Positions 56,697 to 64,000 of a stretch of DNA of 64,000 nucleotides are shown one piece after another; position 1 is the stretch's first letter, and every line of letters starts with the position of its first letter. The notes beneath the pieces are model-generated. The model searched no databases, was not told the DNA's origin, and saw nothing but the letters and a program-made list of their open reading frames with translations. The DNA comes from Thermodesulfobacteriota bacterium (lineage in GTDB: Bacteria > Desulfobacterota_D > UBA1144 > Nemesobacterales > CSP1-2). A program made the position numbers and the translations under genes. Where the stretch lies: NCBI GenBank assembly GCA_049682815.1, contig JBAUII010000079.1, positions 29,864 to 93,863 on the forward strand. The letters run 5' to 3'.

Positions 56697-59111
56697 TTAT
56701 TTATGTTGAATCTGGAGTTCTTCCAGAAGTTTCCAAAACGAAGGGTCTTTTGGCGAGAGCTCGACAAGTTTTTCGGCATAATCCCTAGCTGCTTGACGAT
56801 TCCCATCATCCCGGTTAAAAGTCACAAGGGCAAATAATATCTCTCGATCGTTTGGATGGCGATAATGGGTCTCTTCGAGAGATTCTATTGCCTCCTTCTT
56901 GCTGCCCGCTGAATTTAGAGCCACGGCGTAAACGTAGCTGTAATGGGAATTGTCGGGGCTAAGTTCTGCCGACTGTTTTAAAGCCTCTAAAGCCTCGGCT
57001 AATCTCTTTTGTCGAACTAGAAGAAGACCAAGTGCGTGGTATACATCAGCGTCTTGCGGAGCAATTTTTAGCGCTTCATGCAATAATTTCTCTCCTTGAC
57101 TATCCCTTCTCTCCAGGCGGTATAAATCAGCCAGATTAACGTAGGCCTGAACAAAAGATGGTTGTATTTCCAATGCCTTTCGATATTCTGAATCCGAATC
57201 ACCGAATCTACCGAGTTCTGCGAAAAGTACCCCAAGGTTCATATGTGCTTCGGGTCGGTCTGCGTTAATCTGTTGGGAGGCGATGTATTCATCTAATGAT
57301 TTATCGAGCGCAGAATTCTGGTCCGACGTTAGGGTTTCCCTTGGCACTGTGGCAAGCATTCTAGCCGCCTTAATCCGAACTGCGCGTACCGGGTCGTATA
57401 ACAAATGGAGCGCAAGCGGGGCCCGATCGATTGGTTGCACCTCCTCTAACGCATCAAGTGCACCCAAGCGAACCATGGGATCGTCATCTCCGAGTCCTTT
57501 TTTTATTGTCAGGATTGAGTCTGGAGTAATGTAATAACGTAATTCCTTGAGTGCTGTCGCGCGGGCAATATTCGGTTTTGTAGCGTCCTCGGCGATTTGA
57601 GATAATAACTCTTCGGCGAAAGGTGTTCCACTTCGACCCGCGACGAGAGCTTCTCCATACGAACGTCTTTTCTTATATTCAGTACCATACCATTTATCCA
57701 TTTCCTCCACCGCCCACTCGGGTGTCTGATCCGAATGACACTTGTTGCATGCATTGGGGCTACCGAGCTTTATCGAAAGATCCGGTCTCGGTATACGAAT
57801 ACTATGATCATACCGCGGATCGACGATCATGTAGGTCGTTTCCGCCATGTGGCATCCAATACAGCTCGCTCCTGACGAGCCAATTTTATGGAAGTGGTGC
57901 GACGAAGCGTCATACTTTGATGAAAGGTGGCATTGAGCACAAACGCCATTGCCCGATTGTCGGAGCTTGAGGCTGTGTGGATTATGGCAATCTGTGCAGG
58001 TTACTCCTTTATGGTACATCCTACTTTGAAGGAAGGATCCGTACTCATAAACCTCGGCTTTAATCTGTCCGTCAGGATAATAAAGATTTTCTTCCAGCAA
58101 GGCAGGCACATGGGTATCCATAAGGGGTTTACCGTATACGTATTCATCCCAAATTTCCCCACGGCGAGAGTGACATCTGGCACAAATTTCGATTTCCACG
58201 TTTGTTTGTGCAGGGCCACTCCTGTTGGCATAACCAGTATGTTGGTCAATGCTCCACTTTACTTCGCCGTGTTTAGCTAGATCAACAACTAAGCCTTTAT
58301 CGGAATCGGAGGTATATTTCTTCTGATCTTTTGCATCCTGAGCCCATTTTAGATGTCTGGAGCAGGGGCCATGACAGGCTTCGCAGGACACGTTGATTTC
58401 AGACCAAGTTGTGTTGTATGTGTCAGACTTGGGGTCGTACCCTTTTTTGAGATTTGTCGAGTGACATTCTGCACACATATAGTTCCAGTTCTGGGTTGGT
58501 CCCGTCCAGTGCAAGATGTCATCGTGCTTGATCTCTTCGTTTGGATATAGATGAAACCAGCGCTGACCGCCTTCGCTTTTTGAACGGCTGTCCCAGGCAA
58601 TGCTTAGGGCCTGCAGGCGGCCGCCCGGAAGCCCGATAAGGTATTGCTGAAGTGGATAGACGCCAAATGTGTAGTTTATTTCATAATCGTGGAGCTCGCC
58701 GTCAGAGCCGTCTGTGCGTACCATGAATTTGCCGTCGTGTTTATAAAACCTGGATTTGACCCCAAAATAGTTGAACTCTATGTCATTGAAATCACCGAGC
58801 ACTGTTTTCTCGTTTACTTCCTGCATGGCGCGGTCATGATGGGAGCCCGACCAGAGTTCATATTCCTTTTCGTGGCATTCGCCACAAACTTTACCGCCCA
58901 CAAATGTTGCAGAGACGTCAATTTGAGTCGATGGGGTTTTTTGAATTGCGTATTCATCTTGGTGTTTTCGTTTTGATAGATTTTTAGCCACAAGCAAACC
59001 CATTAAAACGACCATTAAGACGGCTAGTAACGAGAAGGTGACATAGTTTTTTCTATCTTTTCCTCCACCCGCCTTTTTCTTTTTATTCCGACTTCTTGAT
59101 TTTTTGCGCAT
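56697..59111 (-). CDS. Membrane-anchored octahaem c-type cytochrome with C-terminal HEAT/TPR repeat domain
   Basis: Eight CxxCH motifs (CGECH, CAECH, CEACH, CARCH, CTDCH, CAQCH, CIGCH, CNKCH). N-terminal TM helix. C-terminal TPR repeats. The start is set at Met 59111 (MRKKSRSRN...), because the 18 upstream codons of the track ORF translate a REP palindrome. Confidence 0.8.
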   Translation of the reverse strand: MRKKSRSRNKKKKAGGGKDRKNYVTFSLLAVLMVVLMGLLVAKNLSKRKHQDEYAIQKTPSTQIDVSATFVGGKVCGECHEKEYELWSGSHHDRAMQEVNEKTVLGDFNDIEFNYFGVKSRFYKHDGKFMVRTDGSDGELHDYEINYTFGVYPLQQYLIGLPGGRLQALSIAWDSRSKSEGGQRWFHLYPNEEIKHDDILHWTGPTQNWNYMCAECHSTNLKKGYDPKSDTYNTTWSEINVSCEACHGPCSRHLKWAQDAKDQKKYTSDSDKGLVVDLAKHGEVKWSIDQHTGYANRSGPAQTNVEIEICARCHSRRGEIWDEYVYGKPLMDTHVPALLEENLYYPDGQIKAEVYEYGSFLQSRMYHKGVTCTDCHNPHSLKLRQSGNGVCAQCHLSSKYDASSHHFHKIGSSGASCIGCHMAETTYMIVDPRYDHSIRIPRPDLSIKLGSPNACNKCHSDQTPEWAVEEMDKWYGTEYKKRRSYGEALVAGRSGTPFAEELLSQIAEDATKPNIARATALKELRYYITPDSILTIKKGLGDDDPMVRLGALDALEEVQPIDRAPLALHLLYDPVRAVRIKAARMLATVPRETLTSDQNSALDKSLDEYIASQQINADRPEAHMNLGVLFAELGRFGDSDSEYRKALEIQPSFVQAYVNLADLYRLERRDSQGEKLLHEALKIAPQDADVYHALGLLLVRQKRLAEALEALKQSAELSPDNSHYSYVYAVALNSAGSKKEAIESLEETHYRHPNDREILFALVTFNRDDGNRQAARDYAEKLVELSPKDPSFWKLLEELQIQHK

Positions 59112-59122
59112 GAAATAATGCA

Positions 59123-59158
59123 CCTCCGGGAGGTCACGACCTCCCGGAGGTCGTCTAG
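59123..59158. repeat. REP-like palindrome (CCTCCGGGAGG-TCACGA-CCTCCCGGAGG + TCGTCTA tail)
   Basis: 11-bp perfect stem. Lies between the RAYT stop and the cytochrome start. Confidence 0.8.
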
Positions 59159-59161
59159 ACT

Positions 59162-59737
59162 TCATTCCAGTAGATAATTCTTTATGTCTCTCTCCTCTTC
59201 AGAGCTAATATACTCTATTACATACTTTCGATAATCGTTCGGATCGTTGAAATAAGATGACATGAAATTGAAATTAAATTGAATCAGGCTTCTTTTTGCT
59301 ATCCAATCGTTATAGTCAGAATATGGCCATTTTTCGGGGGCGTCAACAATCTGAGCTTTTACCGGATTTAAATGTAGATAGCGACAAAGCTGCAAAATGT
59401 AATTTTCATTATCGATGTGAGTATCCTTAAAACGTCCTTCAAACAGCGTTCCAACCCGGCTATATCTCTTGTTTAGAGATTGGACATATGCATTAAAAAC
59501 TACCCCAATGAATTGAGATATGCTCGTGTCGGAGTTTTGTCGCAGTATAAAGTGAAAATGGTTTGGCATGAGACAATAAGCAATAATGGTTATAGAATAA
59601 CTTTCAGCATGTTTCTTGAGTAGTGATAGGCAATAGCTATAATCCTCTTCACTAAAAAAAATCTGATTCCGGTTTACACCTCTGTTATATATGTGAAAAA
59701 ATCCACCGGGGAAAAATGTGCTCTTCCTAGACGGCAT
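59162..59737 (-). CDS. REP-associated tyrosine transposase (RAYT; IS200-like Y1/HUH transposase domain)
   Basis: FFHIYNRGVNRNQIF, HUH motif in LMPNHFHFIL, C-terminal Tyr region CRYLHLNPVKA. A single gene flanked by matching palindromes and no IS ends. Confidence 0.75.
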   Translation of the reverse strand: MPSRKSTFFPGGFFHIYNRGVNRNQIFFSEEDYSYCLSLLKKHAESYSITIIAYCLMPNHFHFILRQNSDTSISQFIGVVFNAYVQSLNKRYSRVGTLFEGRFKDTHIDNENYILQLCRYLHLNPVKAQIVDAPEKWPYSDYNDWIAKRSLIQFNFNFMSSYFNDPNDYRKYVIEYISSEEERDIKNYLLE

Positions 59738-59822
59738 TTTTTTACTACAAATTCAAATTTCAAATGCTTCTTCCTTAATTATACAGCCATCAATCATATT
59801 ATTGTTCACCTCCTTTTGTTCA

Positions 59823-59850
59823 CCTCCGGGAGGTCATGACCTCCCGGAGG
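59823..59850. repeat. REP-like palindrome (CCTCCGGGAGG-TCATGA-CCTCCCGGAGG)
   Basis: Near-identical to 59123-59150. Lies upstream of the RAYT gene. Confidence 0.8.
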
Positions 59851-59906
59851 TATGCTGAGTGTTACAGGAGTCATTAAGCTACTCGTTCGGATCGACAGTT
59901 AACATA

Positions 59907-59933
59907 CTCCGGGAGACCGACCTCCCGAAGGTC
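59907..59933. repeat. Degenerate REP-like palindrome (CTCCGGGAG-ACCGAC-CTCCCGAAG+GTC)
   Basis: Same core with one stem mismatch. Confidence 0.6.
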
Positions 59934-59964
59934 TTACCTGTATAATACCTCTTCATGAAATCCG

Positions 59965-60909
59965 CTATAAGCCTGCACCCCAGCGATATTGCCAGACAAT
60001 TCCAACCGTGTCGAAATCGCCTCCGGCTCTTGCAGTTGCGCCGGTGCTACCAAAGAGCTTAATCGAGTTATGTCGATTCACTGGTAGAGCAAGAGTTAGG
60101 CCAATGCGCGAGTTCGCCTGGAGATCATCGCTGTTTACCCCATCGATGGTCGTTTGCCCACCGCGGTAATAGGTGCCGTCTACGGCGACCCATACGCCGG
60201 ATTTGAATCCATAAACGAGGTGTCCCTGCAGGCTAAAGAGGGGATCTTGCTCCTTTTCCTTGCCGCCCAAAAAGTTGTCGTTCGGGGTGTAGAATGTGAC
60301 GCCGGCGGCCAGTTCCACAATTAGTGGACCCAGAGCCTTAGAGACGCCAGCCTCTGTTTTGATGAACCAGCGGTTGGTACCGATATTCACGAGTTTATCG
60401 GGGTCGTATTGGCCGAGGGGCACACCCACCTGCATGCTTGCTCCGACTATAATATCCTGCTTATAACTGGCGAACTCCTTTAATGTGAGCGCCGGGGCGC
60501 CATAGAGGTTGACCGAGAGCCGGAACCGCGGATCGATTAGCCCGCACACATTGCGCTCCATGCGTTCCCCCGCCAACTCGGCGGAACCCGATGCACAGAC
60601 ATACGACAGTATAGAATCGATCTTACCGGACATGCCACCAAGGTTTACCGACCTGGCGTAGCCGAGAACGGGACCGTGGATCTTGATGGAGGCGTTTTCC
60701 AACGGCACCGAGGGATCTGCAATAACGGTGCCTTGTGAGTATCCATAACCCAGGACGATGAAATTCATCCCTATCGGTGTGTTTGTATAAAGTCTGGGCT
60801 CGAGTTCCTGTGCATGAATGCCCGCGGCTGAAAACATGGCCAGGACGAACCCGGCACGAATCCACTTTAGAAAGCGTACAGCCCGCGACGATAGATTTAC
60901 AAGCGCCAT
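59965..60909 (-). CDS. Outer-membrane beta-barrel protein, MetA-pathway-of-phenol-degradation-like transporter family
   Basis: Signal peptide ending AAGIHA|QE from Met 60909. LEPRLYTNTPIGMNFIVLGYGYSQG. Alternating beta-strand pattern. C-terminal aromatic residue (WGAGL). Confidence 0.6.
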   Translation of the reverse strand: MALVNLSSRAVRFLKWIRAGFVLAMFSAAGIHAQELEPRLYTNTPIGMNFIVLGYGYSQGTVIADPSVPLENASIKIHGPVLGYARSVNLGGMSGKIDSILSYVCASGSAELAGERMERNVCGLIDPRFRLSVNLYGAPALTLKEFASYKQDIIVGASMQVGVPLGQYDPDKLVNIGTNRWFIKTEAGVSKALGPLIVELAAGVTFYTPNDNFLGGKEKEQDPLFSLQGHLVYGFKSGVWVAVDGTYYRGGQTTIDGVNSDDLQANSRIGLTLALPVNRHNSIKLFGSTGATARAGGDFDTVGIVWQYRWGAGL

Positions 60910-61144
60910 TCCTAAAAGAGTGATATCAATGCCTACCGGGGACAGAGTAGTTTTTACATTCGTTTCGGGCGAGAAGTGCCCATTATGGTTGGTTGCCTCG
61001 CTCAAAGTGTCAATCAAATCTTTAGGACTGAATCAATGATCCATCGTCATAAATCAAAAAGGTTTACAATTTCAGATAACTAGGAAAAGGGGGCCGGTGA
61101 ATGGCCAAAACAAAGTCATATGGGAAATAGACCTTAAGTTGCTT

Positions 61145-62401
61145 TTAATTAGGATTGTCAATCTTAATAATTTGCTCTTTCTCAGTTTCTACAAACCCTG
61201 GAGGGGTCTTGGCCCATGGATAACCATTGACAGCAAGCTTATAGCCCACGTCAAACAACTGACGCATGTACTCAGTGTCGAAATCCTCCTTGTGGAGGGC
61301 TTTGAAAGTTTCCGGTATGTAGGCGAGGTTGTAATCGACTCCGTCTCTTTCTGCAGTAAGATAAATCATGTATAGATCGCCGATGCCTTGAGTCTGGATT
61401 AATGAGGAAATTGCCCGGCCCGCGATGCTCATCGTACGACGCTCAGTTTGAGCCCAATTTGGGTCCAGCCTTGCGTTACGTATTATATAGAGTCTTCGTT
61501 CGCGGGACAAGCCCTTTGTCTTTTGAAGAGCACGCATCTTCACCCCCAATGAAGGAGGATACATAAATACTTGTGCCATCGCGCCACCGTCTACATGCAT
61601 TTCCTGAAATGTTTTTCCATTTGCCTCAACCTCTATGAGTGTTGGAGGGAAAACTGCAGGGATGGCGGCCGAAGCTAAAAGGATGCGCTGGAAAAGCTCT
61701 AGAGCATTCGGATGACCACTGGCAGCAATCTTTCCCATGTTCCAAATGACGGCACGTTGTGCGTCAAGATCGGTCGTGGCGATAAGCAGGAGCCTTCCCT
61801 TTTCATGTTCCGCCGCTATAGCGGCTAACATCTCCTGATTAATGTGCTTCTTCATCAATTGGAAAAGCGGGGCATTATCGGCCATCGAATCTTTGAATAT
61901 AGCGCTTAAAATACTCCGACGCTTCAGTATGTCTTTGGGCGAAACATTCGTGTAGACCTCTTTTAGCTGCGGATCATAGGCTGGCCCGAGGAATGCGAAT
62001 GGAGCGATCAGCGCCCCTGTGCTTATCCCGGTAACGGCCTTGAACTCAGGTCTGTTACCGGCGGCAGTCCACCCGATGAGTAGCCCTGCCCCGAAGGCGC
62101 CGTCGTCACCACCACCTGAAATGGCAAGAAATTCAGCAACTGGCAACGCTCCCTTGTGCCCCGATTTGGCTAAGAATGCTTGCTCCCTGTAAAAGGCTTC
62201 GACGCCGTCACGAAGGAAGTCGGACGCATCTTCATCCGCCCAGTACCTGACGTCGGGCATCCCTGGGATGTTTGCTTTATCCTGAAGATTAGGCGGTACT
62301 GCTTCAAGCCGTTTTGGCGCTGAACACCCTTGCCCGACGAGTAAGACGATTAGGAGCAGGAGAGAGAAAGTAAAAAGATTATATATGGATAATTTATTCA
62401 A
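61145..62401 (-). CDS. Patatin-like phospholipase lipoprotein
   Basis: Lipobox LVGQGC. GGGDDGAFGAG oxyanion loop. GISTGA (GxSxG). HVDGG (catalytic Asp). Confidence 0.85.
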   Translation of the reverse strand: MNKLSIYNLFTFSLLLLIVLLVGQGCSAPKRLEAVPPNLQDKANIPGMPDVRYWADEDASDFLRDGVEAFYREQAFLAKSGHKGALPVAEFLAISGGGDDGAFGAGLLIGWTAAGNRPEFKAVTGISTGALIAPFAFLGPAYDPQLKEVYTNVSPKDILKRRSILSAIFKDSMADNAPLFQLMKKHINQEMLAAIAAEHEKGRLLLIATTDLDAQRAVIWNMGKIAASGHPNALELFQRILLASAAIPAVFPPTLIEVEANGKTFQEMHVDGGAMAQVFMYPPSLGVKMRALQKTKGLSRERRLYIIRNARLDPNWAQTERRTMSIAGRAISSLIQTQGIGDLYMIYLTAERDGVDYNLAYIPETFKALHKEDFDTEYMRQLFDVGYKLAVNGYPWAKTPPGFVETEKEQIIKIDNPN

Positions 62402-62507
62402 AAATTGCTTAATAAAAATATACTAAAGTTGAGATTTTTTTTGTAGAACATCATATCATAATTCTTAACTGTTGTAAAGAGTTGATTAAGCGCAACATCG
62501 AAAAAAT

Positions 62508-62531
62508 TAACTTACCTCCGGGAGGTCGTCT
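62508..62531 (+). repeat. REP unit AACTTACCTCCGGGAGGTCGTCTA (copy 1 of direct pair)
   Basis: Identical 24-mer repeated at 62566-62589. Same core and TCGTCTA tail as at 59140-59158. Confidence 0.8.
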
Positions 62532-62565
62532 AAAATTTATGATCAATCTAGTTGCAGGAATAACT

Positions 62566-62589
62566 AACTTACCTCCGGGAGGTCGTCTA
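62566..62589 (+). repeat. REP unit AACTTACCTCCGGGAGGTCGTCTA (copy 2)
   Basis: See copy 1. Confidence 0.8.
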
Positions 62590-62618
62590 ATTCTCGGGAA
62601 AACGCGGATAGGTCATGG

Positions 62619-63725
62619 CTAGAAGAACAGGAACGCCACCCCGACCATGGCGAGGAGGAGTCCAAAATACGCGAGAGGAAATGCCCATCGACAAAGGTGG
62701 TCGATGCGATCTCCAAGCTCGAACCTTCCCTGCCTGTCCAGCCCGCCTACCACGAGGTTGATCACGACCGTCGCGCACATGGTAAGGAAGCTAAGGTTCA
62801 GGAACCCGTGCATCAGTGTGACATACGAGATGCGGGGTAGGTGATCACTTGTCACGAGCAGGTAGGCGACACCGGTCAGGATCCCGATGAACGAGACACT
62901 GAGTCGATCACCTATCGAAGACCGGTCCATCCAGAACACCGAGAAACAAAGCAGCACGATCACAATGAGGGGTATGACCACCAGTCGCATTACAAAGAAG
63001 GACTGTCGCTGCACATCCACGCTCACGACAAACGCTGACGAAATCCCCCGGCGTCCGGCGTAAGATGCAGGGCGATCCCGGACAGACTCGCTGACTCCTG
63101 TGACGGTCCATTGAGGCACGCGAACTTCGCTGGCTAAGGAGCCGGGCTCATCCGATTGCACTTGCAGCAAGACCTCATCCTTGTCGAAGCCCAGGACTTC
63201 AAAGACGGCTTCCAGGCGCTGCCTGTCGAAGGGGAATCGATACATGCTGAATTCCACCTCCGCGGCAGCGTTCAGCGTCTCGATCAGGGTTGAGGTCCCG
63301 TCCGGCTCTACACGCAGCAGGACCCCGCTCTGCTCATACAGGCCCGATTCGTTGACGAGAACGACCTGCGGATACCAGCCAGGCGAGATCTCGTCGAACT
63401 GGTAGCTGCCCTGGAAGACCTTTTCATCCACTCCCGCGACAGCGGGGTCGAAGGCCTGGCGTGGGTCATGCCACTTGAGGGTGAGTACACCTGTGAAATC
63501 GAGCGTTTCCACCCCGTCGTTGATCTCATTGATGTCATAAAGGTCAAAGCGGGCTTGAACCACGACGGGACCTGCTTGCTTTGGAGGCGCGAGTAAAAAC
63601 GCCCCGCTCAATCCTGTTCGGGGAGGGTTGCTCTCGGAGCCGGCAATGGGATCCGCGGCAGCCATCCACGCGCAGCACACAAGCGTCACCAGTAGGGTCA
63701 GGATTGTCATAATGAGCCTACTCAT
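62619..63725 (-). CDS. Prokaryotic pentameric ligand-gated ion channel (Cys-loop receptor superfamily) homologue
   Basis: Signal peptide. Beta-rich extracellular domain (FDLYDINEINDGVETLDFTGVLTLKWHDPR...WYPQVVLVNE). Four C-terminal TM helices with a short M3-M4 loop. Visibly GC-rich codon usage. Confidence 0.75.
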   Translation of the reverse strand: MSRLIMTILTLLVTLVCCAWMAAADPIAGSESNPPRTGLSGAFLLAPPKQAGPVVVQARFDLYDINEINDGVETLDFTGVLTLKWHDPRQAFDPAVAGVDEKVFQGSYQFDEISPGWYPQVVLVNESGLYEQSGVLLRVEPDGTSTLIETLNAAAEVEFSMYRFPFDRQRLEAVFEVLGFDKDEVLLQVQSDEPGSLASEVRVPQWTVTGVSESVRDRPASYAGRRGISSAFVVSVDVQRQSFFVMRLVVIPLIVIVLLCFSVFWMDRSSIGDRLSVSFIGILTGVAYLLVTSDHLPRISYVTLMHGFLNLSFLTMCATVVINLVVGGLDRQGRFELGDRIDHLCRWAFPLAYFGLLLAMVGVAFLFF

Positions 63726-64000
63726 TTCTTGCGATCTCCCACCTGAACCGCGGCCTGCGTTGTGTCCGAGATAGTCTTACTTGGAACATGAATGAGTCCC
63801 ACCTCCTGTGGGGTGACGGGGTTGCCGGCAACGACATCAACCTCACCAGAAGGAGCCGCTCATAGTCCGTACTGGATTCGCACATGCAGCGCCTAACTAT
63901 TAATGAGGCTGTAAAAATGCAGTGTAGTATGACATATAGGGCGTTACACTGCAAACCATTGCGCTGCAAACACAACATGCCCTATATCATAAAATTGTTG

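Noticed and set aside
59112-59165. N-terminal extension of the cytochrome ORF (MKSRRPPGGRDLPEVHYF)
   Set aside because: It translates the REP palindrome and overlaps the RAYT stop. MRKKSRSRNKKKK plus a TM helix from 59111 is a normal signal-anchor start.
61145-62401. Patatin as a CBASS CapV-type defence effector
   Set aside because: It has a lipoprotein signal sequence, so it is exported. No CD-NTase or other cyclase gene is adjacent. It fits an envelope lipase better.
62508-62589. Possible mini-CRISPR (two identical 24-nt repeats with a 34-nt spacer)
   Set aside because: There are only two copies and no cas genes. The repeat is the same palindromic unit that flanks the RAYT gene, so it is a REP doublet.
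63718-63978. 86-aa minus-strand ORF upstream of the ion-channel gene, and the near-inverted repeat ATGACATATAGGGC/GCCCTATATCAT at about 63940-63990
   Set aside because: The ORF translation is Arg/Cys/Leu-rich with no RBS and looks non-coding. The inverted repeat is imperfect and sits at the window edge, so it cannot be evaluated.

Overview
AT-rich bacterial chromosomal window. Phylum cannot be assigned from sequence alone. The Shine-Dalgarno consensus appears to be AAGGAGG(AT). I count about 55 credible protein genes, 3 tRNA genes and 1 tRNA fragment.

Core content:
- Stress and redox genes: egtB-egtD ergothioneine pair followed by an ECF sigma factor, VKOR-thioredoxin fusion, htpX, msrB, hspQ, hsp20, Fe/Mn SOD, cytochrome P460-like lipoprotein, PCu(A)C, and a membrane-anchored octaheme cytochrome with HEAT/TPR tail.
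- Beta-oxidation: fadI/fadJ-like pair.
- Housekeeping: ispF, comEC, sigma-70 family factor, leuA, hisB-hisH, thiL, polA, queF, dacB, slt, two CNNM/CorC paralogs.

Most notable features:
1. A ~10.9-kb integrated element (25416-36415) in tRNA-Ala(CGC), bounded by a perfect 50-bp direct repeat. It carries an RHH-integrase operon, excisionase-like HTH, primase/P-loop fusion, a secreted SNase nuclease and several ORFs with no recognisable domain, but no virion structural genes. This is satellite-like or IME-like content.
2. Two paralogous intergenic loci (about 23564-23692 and 36538-36670). Each has a near-consensus sigma-70 promoter, a conserved AUCCUCCUUUAA anti-Shine-Dalgarno-like box and a terminal hairpin. 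I read them as candidate small RNAs.
3. A RAYT (IS200-like Y1 transposase) gene flanked by GC-rich REP-like palindromes (CCTCCGGGAGGTC), with further copies 3 kb away.
4. An uninterrupted 16-unit heptamer array forming an inverted structure between hisB and hisH, and a degenerate 7-nt periodic region on the other side of hisH.
5. A ~1-kb non-coding stretch after polA packed with short hairpins bounded by GTCAT/ATGAC.
6. A visibly GC-richer tail (about 59.9-64 kb) encoding an outer-membrane channel, a patatin lipoprotein and a prokaryotic pentameric ligand-gated ion channel homologue.

All functional calls rest on motif recognition by eye. No database search was run.
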